DNA of 30,124 bases from a virus (Duplodnaviria; Caudoviricetes), in IMG/VR virus record IMGVR_UViG_3300030109_002488, positions 1-30,124 of that record. One strand, given 5' to 3'. Below the pieces are notes generated by a model. The model had not been told where the DNA came from, searched no databases, and worked only from the letters and a program-made list of their open reading frames with translations. A program made the position numbers and the translations under genes. Below are positions 1 to 9,114 of this stretch, piece after piece (the first letter of the stretch is position 1; the number at the start of each line of letters is the position of its first letter).

Positions 1-514
1 CATCACCTCTAACCGCTCCTGAAAATACAACTGTTGAACCTGCTGTAGCATCACAAACTGGGTTTATCCAATCTGGTTTTACTAAAGAAGCATCTTCAAA
101 TGCTGTTTTAATTAAAGCGTCTGCAGCTGTATTTGCTGTAGAAGCTGCAATTGCTGTAGTAAAAGTAAAAAACTCTTGTCTAGGACCTGAAGTTTTTACA
201 AGTTTTAATACTAAATCGCCAGCAGTTCCTGATGTATTTGCAATAGTATCAGTAACTGTACATGCTTGTTGATCAACATAGCTTTTACCACTATAGTTAA
301 TTACATCTTTACCGTAAATCCAAGGAGTTACAATATTTTTTCCATCTTTACCTCCACCTACAATTCTAATCATAGGAGCATCTACTATAGAGTCTCCTAA
401 AACTAAATCAGTTGGTCCAGATGCGCTCATTTTTTGTATAGTGATTGCACCGTCCTCAACAGGATTAGCTGTAGATCTTGTAGCACCATCACCAATAATT
501 AAATGTCTTGCCAT
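1..514 (-). CDS. Partial virion structural protein (N-terminal part; runs off window), possibly the crAss-like auxiliary capsid protein
   Basis: Not in the ORF track. ATG at 514 opens MARHLIIGDGATRSTANPVEDGAITIQKMSASGPT... with no stop to base 1. It is Ala/Thr/Gly-rich and is the third gene after the MCP in the conserved crAss capsid block. Confidence 0.75.
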   Translation of the reverse strand, partial: MARHLIIGDGATRSTANPVEDGAITIQKMSASGPTDLVLGDSIVDAPMIRIVGGGKDGKNIVTPWIYGKDVINYSGKSYVDQQACTVTDTIANTSGTAGDLVLKLVKTSGPRQEFFTFTTAIAASTANTAADALIKTAFEDASLVKPDWINPVCDATAGSTVVFSGAVRGD

Positions 515-539
515 TTTTTTATTTTTTTAAAATTAATAT

Positions 540-1685
540 TTATTCATTTTTACCTACCTCAGCTTCGTGAGTTTGGTATCGAGGGTCACTAATTCCCTCT
601 AATATACTGCTTACTGCCATATCCACAATCGTTTGATGAGTATGGTCTGGTAGCTCACAATCAATTCCCAAAGATAGTGAAATTTTCTTTGGATTTCTTA
701 TATATGTTATTTTCACTGCGTCTATTATAAATATATCATTCGTGTATATATCTATGTTGTTTCCACGTATAGTAGTAAGAGGATCTGTTTTTTTAGTTGT
801 ATTAAACGGATCGTGTAATAATGTAAATACATCATCATGCTGAACAAATGTATTACTCACTGTATTAGTAATTGTACCTGAAGAATGATGACTAGATACT
901 CTTTTTTCATTGTAATCTAATGTTGCATTATTACCTGTAGCTGTTTTTAAAACTGTTGATGTAGAATCTAAAGCTGCTAAAGTAGAAACTGTACCTACAG
1001 AAGCATCCCATTCAAACCATGAAATTACATCTGTATTTATTAAAACAATAAATTGTCCTGGAAAATGTAAAGTATTAAATTGTTCCCAATAAATTTCAAT
1101 TCCTGCAGGAGGATTAGCTACTACATTTGTAATTAGTTGTCCAATATCTTGAGGAAACTGATAATTATTAGTATTACTCCAAATAGTTACTTGACCTGTT
1201 GTAGCGTCATTTATATCTTCATATAAAACTAAAGAATCTGCAATTTGACTATTATCATTACAAACAAATTCACTTAAGCCTATTGCAAAATAAGGTTTTA
1301 AAGCTTGTGTATTTATAGAATCTAAATGATAATTTATAGATCTACAATTTTTTCTTGACACAACTTTAGATAGTTGAGATACTAAATACATATAATTTGA
1401 AGGCAAAGAAAATGTATCAACAAAAATATTTGTAGTTAACTGCTCTTTAAATGTAGCAGTTCCTTCAAATTCTGTTACTAAATTTCTAAGATCATCAATT
1501 CTTTTTTGACTTTCTTCAAAACCTTTTCTATATATATTATTTTTACCGTATCTAGTATTTATATACTTACTTACGGCTTTATTTAACTCAATATCTATTT
1601 CTTCTCTTAAAAGCGTATCAGCCTGGAGTGAATTAATTTTATCCACTCCTTGCTGAATTGCCAGATGCATTTGTTGTACATTCAT
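540..1685 (-). CDS. crAss-like head-tail connector/tail ring protein
   Basis: N-terminal EEIDIELNKA...GFEESQKRIDDLRNLV and C-terminal YIRNP...CELPDHTHQTIVDMAV resemble crAss ring proteins. Second gene downstream of the MCP. Confidence 0.7.
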   Translation of the reverse strand: MNVQQMHLAIQQGVDKINSLQADTLLREEIDIELNKAVSKYINTRYGKNNIYRKGFEESQKRIDDLRNLVTEFEGTATFKEQLTTNIFVDTFSLPSNYMYLVSQLSKVVSRKNCRSINYHLDSINTQALKPYFAIGLSEFVCNDNSQIADSLVLYEDINDATTGQVTIWSNTNNYQFPQDIGQLITNVVANPPAGIEIYWEQFNTLHFPGQFIVLINTDVISWFEWDASVGTVSTLAALDSTSTVLKTATGNNATLDYNEKRVSSHHSSGTITNTVSNTFVQHDDVFTLLHDPFNTTKKTDPLTTIRGNNIDIYTNDIFIIDAVKITYIRNPKKISLSLGIDCELPDHTHQTIVDMAVSSILEGISDPRYQTHEAEVGKNE

Positions 1686-1686
1686 A

Positions 1687-2499
1687 TTATGTTAAAGATA
1701 ATTCTTTAAGCTTTGCTCTTAGTATAGTTAATTTTCCAGAATTCTTTTTATCTTTAAGATAAACAATTGTGTCTTCTACTGTATCTCCTAACACTTCATC
1801 TATAAAGATAACTTGATTTCCAATTTTTCTTAAAACTCCAGCTGAAACTAATTCATCAATTTCTGCTCTTAGCTCTAAATTTTTATCAGTTGCAATTCTA
1901 ACAAATTTCTTTGGGTTAGAATTTTTTAACTCATAAAGAGAATTTTCAATTTGGTCTTCAGTCATCCTATCAGGATTAGTGCTAGACATTAATCGTAAAA
2001 TTCTTTTCATATTTTTTAGATCTGAAGAAACTTTAATAAATTCTTTATCCGCATCTTTTTTAAGTTTAATAGAGTTATTTTTAACTTTATCTTCTCTTGA
2101 AAGATCTTGAATATAGAATTTTTTAGTAGCGCTTGAAGTCATTTCTTCTTTAGTTAGACCAACATAAGGATGTTTAATAGCAAAATTATATTTAATAAAA
2201 TCCATAATGCTTATTGGTGTACCATCTTCATGTTTACCTATTTCAAGTTCAACTCCTGTAAATCCTACAGGTATTGTCATATCTGCCCAGAATCTTTTAG
2301 AATGTTTAGGCCAATCTACGTGCTCTGGCGAAACATCTAAAATTCCTTGCATATATTTTTTCTCATCTTCAGGACTAAATCCCTTTAATGGCTGCCTATT
2401 TACATAGACACTACTAAGCCTTGTTCTTGCTTCGGCTCTTACTGCTTTAGGTAGATGACCTCCTAGGTCTTTTCTCCTTAAATACACTTTTTTACTCAT
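1687..2499 (-). CDS. Conserved crAss-like protein immediately downstream of MCP (gene 75-like)
   Basis: 270-aa ORF. Synteny and the C-terminal LGDTVEDTIVYLKDKKN pattern are typical of this family. Confidence 0.65.
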   Translation of the reverse strand: MSKKVYLRRKDLGGHLPKAVRAEARTRLSSVYVNRQPLKGFSPEDEKKYMQGILDVSPEHVDWPKHSKRFWADMTIPVGFTGVELEIGKHEDGTPISIMDFIKYNFAIKHPYVGLTKEEMTSSATKKFYIQDLSREDKVKNNSIKLKKDADKEFIKVSSDLKNMKRILRLMSSTNPDRMTEDQIENSLYELKNSNPKKFVRIATDKNLELRAEIDELVSAGVLRKIGNQVIFIDEVLGDTVEDTIVYLKDKKNSGKLTILRAKLKELSLT

Positions 2500-2566
2500 A
2501 ATAATAGTTCTTTTAAAGTCTTAGTTAGTTGGATGTAAAGAATAACTCTCCGTAAGATAATCAATT

Positions 2567-2592
2567 AAAGAAGTAGGGGATTGCTCCCCTAC
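2567..2592 (-). terminator. Rho-independent terminator after MCP
   Basis: Minus strand reads GTAGGGGA-GCAA-TCCCCTAC followed by TTCTTT: an 8-bp stem with a GNRA loop. Confidence 0.8.
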
Positions 2593-2636
2593 AACCTTAA
2601 TTAAAAACCAATATATAGACGCACGTTAATGCCAAA

Positions 2637-4037
2637 TTAGGACGCTACACAAGTTATATCAAGCGAAGTATCAAATCTCTTAAGAGCGATACCAGCTGTT
2701 TTTAACATGTGAACGCTTGCCCCGTCAACATCAGATGCTCTTGTGTCTGTGCTAGAAAATCCTCTAGGAACTACAGAACCAGCAACACACCATCTCATAG
2801 ACTCACGACCTTTCTTAGAGATCATTTGTAAGTTGTTTTGACCGTCATAGTTTGACTGATCAACAAATACCATTCTATAAGACTCAAGAGAGTATCCAGT
2901 TGTTGGGTGCTTTGCACGAGCCTGAGCTACTGCACCATGATCAAATAATGGAAGTTTTACAACATTCACATTATGTCCATCTACATGCTCGTACGAAGTA
3001 AAGTAACCAGTTACTTTCCAAGTATTACCTGAGAAGTGTGATTTAAGAGCTTCATCAAATTCACGAGCTCCACCAGTACCAGTGTAAAGAGTTATCTGCT
3101 TTTGAGCAGCATCAGTCATTGAATAGAATAAATCACCGATGATGTTCTTAAGTTTTGTTTCAGTCATTGTAGAGTAAGTGTCAGTTTCAACAATTTGCTC
3201 TAAAAGACCAGGACCTACGATTACAGGCTGTCCATTCTCATCTTTCATGTAAGTATGTCCATTTGCATCATAAGTTTTTTGACCATACCAGTAATACATT
3301 TCACACTCTTCTTTAAAGTCAAGCATGTGTAAGTACTCTTCGTAGTCCATCCAAAGTTTAGTAGTAGATCCACCTTTTTTAGGTAGAGAAAACTCTGCTA
3401 CATAATCTTTAGCGTTTCCAGACATGTGGTAAGATTTTCTAACTGTAGTTAGTTTGTTTCTTACTTTACCTGGAGTTTCCCAGTTAGAAGCGTTACCTCT
3501 AGAGAAGTCAACTCCTACTGGTGCATACATTTGCGCAAAAAGCGCTCCTGCAATAACGTCAGCCGCTGGCATAACTGCCGTAGCTGAAGGGTTAATTAAT
3601 TGTAAAGTGTATTTCCATGAAGATCCTCCTGCTACTTGCTCTGGTTCTTTCATAATACGTGCTTGTGTACCTGATTGAGATACTAATACGTATGGGAATA
3701 CAAAATGTTTGTCAGGAAATTCAACCTCAAAAGTTGCTCCTCCTAATCCAATGCTACTTCCTGTTGGTCCTGCCGCTGCTACTGGTCTCGTTCTCATTCT
3801 ATGTGTTGCCACACGATACTCATATTCTAACCTGTCAATAGACTTTGTGTTACCAACTCCTTCTGTTAAGAAAGATAAAGGAAATCTTTTATCGTCTTTA
3901 CCTGCTAAATGAGTAATAATCGGAGACAGTTCAGTAGGCTTTGCCAACAATGCATTTGACAAACTGTTCATGTCTGTCATTTGTGAATCGTTGTAAAACG
4001 TTTTTTGAACGCTTATATTTGTTCCGTTAATTGCCAT
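2637..4037 (-). CDS. Major capsid protein (crAss-like, HK97 fold)
   Basis: 466 aa. Contains FPLSFLTEG, VRNKLTTVRKSYHMSGN, GPGLLEQI, YTGTGGAREFDEAL and HPxTGYSLESYRMVFVD, characteristic of crAss-family MCPs. Followed by a strong terminator. Confidence 0.92.
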   Translation of the reverse strand: MAINGTNISVQKTFYNDSQMTDMNSLSNALLAKPTELSPIITHLAGKDDKRFPLSFLTEGVGNTKSIDRLEYEYRVATHRMRTRPVAAAGPTGSSIGLGGATFEVEFPDKHFVFPYVLVSQSGTQARIMKEPEQVAGGSSWKYTLQLINPSATAVMPAADVIAGALFAQMYAPVGVDFSRGNASNWETPGKVRNKLTTVRKSYHMSGNAKDYVAEFSLPKKGGSTTKLWMDYEEYLHMLDFKEECEMYYWYGQKTYDANGHTYMKDENGQPVIVGPGLLEQIVETDTYSTMTETKLKNIIGDLFYSMTDAAQKQITLYTGTGGAREFDEALKSHFSGNTWKVTGYFTSYEHVDGHNVNVVKLPLFDHGAVAQARAKHPTTGYSLESYRMVFVDQSNYDGQNNLQMISKKGRESMRWCVAGSVVPRGFSSTDTRASDVDGASVHMLKTAGIALKRFDTSLDITCVAS

Positions 4038-4086
4038 TTTTTATTATAATTTTATAGGGTACCTATTTCCCTGTTCAGGTAGTTAT

Positions 4087-5163
4087 TTAGATATTAAGAT
4101 CTAACTCATCAATATCAAAATTCTTTTTTCTTCTAGATGATTTACGAGCACTTTTTACAGCCTCTTCATTTCTAGAGATTTTATCTTTTAAAGATTTAGT
4201 ATTTTTTGTTCTAGCTTTTGTATTTATAATTTGGTCTAAATTAAATCCTTTAAACATTAAATAATCAATAGCTAGTTTTTTATCCATTTCTGCATTTGCA
4301 TGATCTAAATCTCTTTGCGTATATCCTTCTTGATTAACTGGTTTAGAAATATAATTAAAAAACTTAGTTTTTTCTCTTTCTGGAACTGTTAATCCTGCAA
4401 ATTCTTGAGAGTTTTCAATAGTATCAGCTACACCACTCCAAAATTGTTGTTGATTTTGATACTCTTGAGCTCTCATTTGTTTTTGTTGTTCAACCATTTG
4501 AGATTGTCTTTGTTGTTGAACTTTACCTAAAGCTTCTCTAGCTTGCTCTGCCTTACTATGTAATTTTCCAGAATCTGAATAATCTGTAATCATTTCATTT
4601 GTAAAATTTCTATCATGTCCTTTTAAATTAAAATATTCTGCTAATACAGCTTTTTGACTTCTAATATCATCTTGCTCTATTGTTATTTTATTATAATCTA
4701 AATTAGGATCATAAGCTTGCATAAACTGTTGAGATTCTCCTCCATTTAAAACATATTCTAAATGTTGTCTTACTAAAGGAAATTTATTCATAACTTCATT
4801 TACTTGCTCATCTGCTAAAGTTTGAGCTATATCTTTAGTCATGTTAATTAATCCTTCAGATGTGTCTGCATATTCTTCATCTGTTTCATATCCAAATGCA
4901 GATAAAATTTCTGATACAACAGTTGCATCTTCATCTGATTCTACATCATCATCTTCTAGACTATCATCTTCTTCAGCTTCTTCCTCAACAACATCTCCTT
5001 GTTCTCCTTCTTCTTCAATAACTTCTTCTTCTTTTTCTTCTATTTCTTCATTTACTACTTCTTGCACTGGTGCTTCGGGAGTAATTGTTTCAACGCCTTC
5101 ACCTCCAATTACATCATCAAAGGTAATGTCGTCTAATTGTATTTTTTCATTTTCTGGGTCCAT
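4087..5163 (-). CDS. Putative capsid scaffolding/assembly protein (crAss gene 77-like)
   Basis: Very acidic N-terminus, Gln-rich coiled coil and basic C-terminus. Lies directly upstream of the MCP. Confidence 0.65.
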   Translation of the reverse strand: MDPENEKIQLDDITFDDVIGGEGVETITPEAPVQEVVNEEIEEKEEEVIEEEGEQGDVVEEEAEEDDSLEDDDVESDEDATVVSEILSAFGYETDEEYADTSEGLINMTKDIAQTLADEQVNEVMNKFPLVRQHLEYVLNGGESQQFMQAYDPNLDYNKITIEQDDIRSQKAVLAEYFNLKGHDRNFTNEMITDYSDSGKLHSKAEQAREALGKVQQQRQSQMVEQQKQMRAQEYQNQQQFWSGVADTIENSQEFAGLTVPEREKTKFFNYISKPVNQEGYTQRDLDHANAEMDKKLAIDYLMFKGFNLDQIINTKARTKNTKSLKDKISRNEEAVKSARKSSRRKKNFDIDELDLNI

Positions 5164-5191
5164 ATTTATTGTTTTTATTGGTTTTTATAAG

Positions 5192-5203
5192 TTACAAATT
5201 TAA
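5192..5203 (-). promoter_or_regulatory. Bacteroidota-type -7 promoter element upstream of scaffold/MCP
   Basis: Minus strand TTAAATTTGTAA contains TAnnTTTG. The identical 12-mer occurs upstream of portal. Confidence 0.55.
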
Positions 5204-5266
5204 TAATTATATCAATATTTTTTATACTTTTTTTATTTTTAATTTTTACATTATTGTATAGCACTC

Positions 5267-7612
5267 TTAATACAATTTACGTCTTGCTTTTTTTAATTTT
5301 TTTCTCACACCTCCTTTTTTAGCTTGCATTGTGTTAAAACTAATATCATCAGAAATACTGTTTGGATCAGTTTGAGCAATAGTATTCATAAGGTTTATAA
5401 TATCTTCATCTGAATATATTTTAAATAATCTTTGGTGAACTCCGTCTGTATTTTTAGCTTTCTTTAAATGTTTCTTTTTAAATTCTTTAAATTTTTTTCC
5501 AGTTGATTTAAATATTCCTGCTTTTTCTAATTCATATCTTAATTGTATTAAATCTGCTCTAGTTTCATTTGCAGCAGCATCATGGTGATATGCATCTGGC
5601 CGGCTAGGGTCAGCATAACCTATACGACCTTCTTGTACAAGTTTATTTTTTGATAAAATATAATTCTGTACATCATCATCCGAAGTAATCCAATTTTTAT
5701 CAGTATGTCCTAACTCATGAGCTAAAATACTATCATGTGTCATATTTACACCCGGTATATATGAAATTTCTTTGTGTGGTATACCCATTGCAATTTTACC
5801 TGTACTTTTATCATAATGAGATCCTACGTCACCAGTATACCTATAAAAAATATTTCCAGCAGGATTTTCCATAAACTTTTTTTGTTCATAATCTGCTGCC
5901 ATCGTAAAAGCTCCAGGCCTAGCTCCTGGATCAATTAGACTTACTGAATAATCAATTTCTCCCCAAGAAGGATGTCTGTACCCATACATGTCGTTAGGAT
6001 AACCTGCAATGTCAGAAGTTCGTTTTAATAATTCTTGATACTGACCACTATTAAGATAATTACCAAACCAATCTATAGCTCCTTGATAATCTGCTTTTTT
6101 CTCTTCTTCAATTGACTGACCACCTTTTTGATATTTTTTTCTTAATCCTCCTTTCTTAGCCATTACAGTTCCACTTCTATCATCTATTATTTCATTTTCC
6201 ATTGCAACTGTATTATGAATATTTATAATGTTTTCTCCATCTTCCCCGTATCTTTCTATCATACGTTCAAATGTTATATTTTCTATTCCATTTTCTTTAT
6301 CTTGTTTATACTTAGTAACTAATTGTTTCCATAATTTTGGAGTTAATTCTTGATCAGGAGTCCACGCACTGCCGTCTGAATTTGTTAAATTTTGATGTGC
6401 AAAAAATCTCATACCTATTAAATCTGCGTAAGATTCTGAAGCTCCTATATCATGAATAGGACCCGTTTTTTGTAATCCAATAGTCATTTGATCACCTGTA
6501 GGGTAACCTTTTGTCAGTGCATCACTTTCCATAAAAGCTTTTTGTAAGTTTTCTGCTTTTTCATTTGCATCTTTAAATTCTTTACTGTCCCTACCATAAA
6601 GCTCTCCCATTTCTCTTGAATACATAAGAGCTTGTTGCCATGTAGTCATTTGACTAGCTACGTCTTCTAAATTTATATTATCAGAAGAATAGTTTGTAAA
6701 ATTAGGATTAGGTGCATATACATTATTATTAGGATCTACTTCTATAAGAGCTCCGTCATCACTTAATAGATTATCTTTTAAAGTAGGATAAAATACATTT
6801 CGAGTTACAGGAAAGTAATACCCTCTTTGGTCTTTATCAGCATATCCTAAAGTACCAGGCTGATGAGTATATCTAGGGCTTCCGTCATCGTTTGTCATCC
6901 TAAGTCCCAAAACATCTTGATATTGCAGAGTTCCTATAGTTGTCATTGGACCAGTAGGCTCCCAAGGAGCATCTTGCCATTTTTTATTTAAAGTATTAAG
7001 TAAGGATGCGTCTTGAAAATTAAGAGCTTTATTAGCTACAATTCTGTCTGTTGAAGTCCTAAAATCTGGTCCTCCTTTTGTTGGAGGTCTTTTAGGAAAA
7101 GATCCCCCTATATTATGTCCCACTTCATGAGCGTATACTGTACCAAATTGATCGTTCATGGATGTAATTTGATTAGCGTCCATTAATATCTGACCTGAAC
7201 CTGGAGCAGTCATAGATCCAGATCTCCTCATATTAGCTTTCCACGTGGCCCATTTTTTCCCGCATTCTCCTGTAAGAATTTGATAACCATCTTCATCCCT
7301 ACATTCTTGAGGCATAGTAAAAAACATATCATCCATACTTTGTAATCCTTCAGTTTCTTGTACTTGAATATTTTTAAGAGCATCTAATCTTAATTGTTGT
7401 GTATTTTTTGGATCAGTATATCCTTGATTAGTTAATCTATTTAAATATGTAGGGCTTTGTAAATAGTTAGATAACATTTGATCTACATTACTGTATATTA
7501 TCTGTCTTGCAGGATCTGTTGGTATTCCTATATCTGCTGATCCTAAAATACTATCTGTTCCACCAGTTTGATATATTTTACGTCTTGATTTTGTTAATTT
7601 TTTCTTTTTCAT
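5267..7612 (-). CDS. Tandem zincin-like (HExxH) metallopeptidase-domain protein, putative virion cargo/polyvalent protein
   Basis: Two homologous modules: HEVGH (7115-7129)...ESYADL..MRF...INIHNTVA and HELGH (5705-5719)...ETRADL..LRY...INLMNTIA. They are bracketed by YQxGG/KKGG motifs. Confidence 0.7.
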   Translation of the reverse strand: MKKKKLTKSRRKIYQTGGTDSILGSADIGIPTDPARQIIYSNVDQMLSNYLQSPTYLNRLTNQGYTDPKNTQQLRLDALKNIQVQETEGLQSMDDMFFTMPQECRDEDGYQILTGECGKKWATWKANMRRSGSMTAPGSGQILMDANQITSMNDQFGTVYAHEVGHNIGGSFPKRPPTKGGPDFRTSTDRIVANKALNFQDASLLNTLNKKWQDAPWEPTGPMTTIGTLQYQDVLGLRMTNDDGSPRYTHQPGTLGYADKDQRGYYFPVTRNVFYPTLKDNLLSDDGALIEVDPNNNVYAPNPNFTNYSSDNINLEDVASQMTTWQQALMYSREMGELYGRDSKEFKDANEKAENLQKAFMESDALTKGYPTGDQMTIGLQKTGPIHDIGASESYADLIGMRFFAHQNLTNSDGSAWTPDQELTPKLWKQLVTKYKQDKENGIENITFERMIERYGEDGENIINIHNTVAMENEIIDDRSGTVMAKKGGLRKKYQKGGQSIEEEKKADYQGAIDWFGNYLNSGQYQELLKRTSDIAGYPNDMYGYRHPSWGEIDYSVSLIDPGARPGAFTMAADYEQKKFMENPAGNIFYRYTGDVGSHYDKSTGKIAMGIPHKEISYIPGVNMTHDSILAHELGHTDKNWITSDDDVQNYILSKNKLVQEGRIGYADPSRPDAYHHDAAANETRADLIQLRYELEKAGIFKSTGKKFKEFKKKHLKKAKNTDGVHQRLFKIYSDEDIINLMNTIAQTDPNSISDDISFNTMQAKKGGVRKKLKKARRKLY

Positions 7613-9114
7613 CTTCTCTGATTAAATAAAGGTATATTAAGCCCTACTTTAAATCCTGGCTGTTTAGTATTTACATTATAACTATATTCTCCAGTAACAG
7701 GCCCGTATCTTCCACTTAATCCCACATTAAAATTTGGTCGTAAAGATTGTTTAGTTCCATACTCACCAAATGCACTTATATTCCACGGCAATACAGGGGC
7801 TGTATAACACATTCCTCCAAAACAACCTGCTGCTCCAGGTCTACCAACTCCTAAATTTAATCTTGCGGATGCATCTAAAGGCATTTTAAAATTATTAGAT
7901 GAAGATTGAGTAACAGCATCTTCTACAGGTGGTTCGTTATTCCATCCACTAGGATCTGCCATTCTAGCAGACAAATTCATATTATTATTATCATTTTGAT
8001 GTTGTGTCCAACCTTTTCCAAGTTCTCCTTGAAGTGACCCCATAAATCTTGTATCATAATCTCTTAAATTACGACCACTATTTCCAAATCTTAAATTAAA
8101 ATTACCTCCTGCAAACCCATGACTATTCCAATAATCTTGACCTTTTTGTGGTGTACTATGAGATCCAATTATTCCTCCCACATCTAAATTACCCATTCTA
8201 TAAGTAGGAGATGCAAATAATCTTCCACCTCTATTACCAAATTCTAATCCTGTGTTTAAACCTAATCCACTACCTCCTCCATACTGATATTTTTTAACTC
8301 CTCCTTTTTGGTATCCAGGTCCGTACTTTTTAGTTTTGTATGGAGAATCTGGTCCTGCCCATTTAGCAGCCTCTTTTTCTGTATCAAATATATAAATTTC
8401 TCCTTTTCTTCTAGCCTCGTCATAATTTCCAGGATAAAAATTACCCGCATCGTCTTGGAACAGCGTAGGGTAAACATGATATTTATTATCAACTTCTGCG
8501 TATTCCATTATATGTGTAGATTCGCTTCCGTCAGGATTAGCTTGTACTCCTTTTCTAGATCCTTTTATTTTAGAAATAAGTTTAGATCGTCTAATTCCTC
8601 CATCAAAACCAATATTAGTAATTTTTTTATTTCCATTAAAGTTTTTTGCCGTGTCCATCATACGATCTAAACTTTTAGTAGCTCTTTTAACACCACCTGT
8701 TTGGTATCCTGCTGGAGATTCTATTATAGTTCCTTTATATGGTCCTGTTGGTAAATCCTGTATTCCTGGAGGTACATTTTTATAACTTTCTACTAAATGA
8801 CCTTGTTCGTCAACTTTATCAATATTAATAGGAGCTTTCATTCCCACAGTGTTAAAAGATTGTCCAGGCTGTACATTAGGAAAAGCCATACTAGCTTGAG
8901 TATTGCCCATAGCATGCTGTTCTCTTAATCCTACTTCTTGTTCTTGTGGAGTATTAGCAATTTGCATTTGCTGCTCTTGCATTTGTTGTTGCTCAAATTG
9001 AGAAATTAAATCTACACCTTGATCAGCAGCTTGAAACACCTCAACTATACTTCCTGGAAAATTAGAAGCTTTAATTCTATTTAAAAGCTCTCTTCTAGTT
9101 TGATTTGTTGGCAT
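7609..9114 (-). CDS. Modular protein: DUF192/COG1430-like N-terminal domain, central unknown domain, C-terminal beta-strand-rich (OMP-like) domain
   Basis: IANTPQEQEVGL...SMAF...SFNTVGMKAPINIDKVDEQGHLV..YKNVPP...TIIESPAG parallels the DUF192 pattern. The C-terminus has Gly-rich alternating strands ending GFKVGLNIPLF. Confidence 0.6.
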   Translation of the reverse strand: MPTNQTRRELLNRIKASNFPGSIVEVFQAADQGVDLISQFEQQQMQEQQMQIANTPQEQEVGLREQHAMGNTQASMAFPNVQPGQSFNTVGMKAPINIDKVDEQGHLVESYKNVPPGIQDLPTGPYKGTIIESPAGYQTGGVKRATKSLDRMMDTAKNFNGNKKITNIGFDGGIRRSKLISKIKGSRKGVQANPDGSESTHIMEYAEVDNKYHVYPTLFQDDAGNFYPGNYDEARRKGEIYIFDTEKEAAKWAGPDSPYKTKKYGPGYQKGGVKKYQYGGGSGLGLNTGLEFGNRGGRLFASPTYRMGNLDVGGIIGSHSTPQKGQDYWNSHGFAGGNFNLRFGNSGRNLRDYDTRFMGSLQGELGKGWTQHQNDNNNMNLSARMADPSGWNNEPPVEDAVTQSSSNNFKMPLDASARLNLGVGRPGAAGCFGGMCYTAPVLPWNISAFGEYGTKQSLRPNFNVGLSGRYGPVTGEYSYNVNTKQPGFKVGLNIPLFNQRR

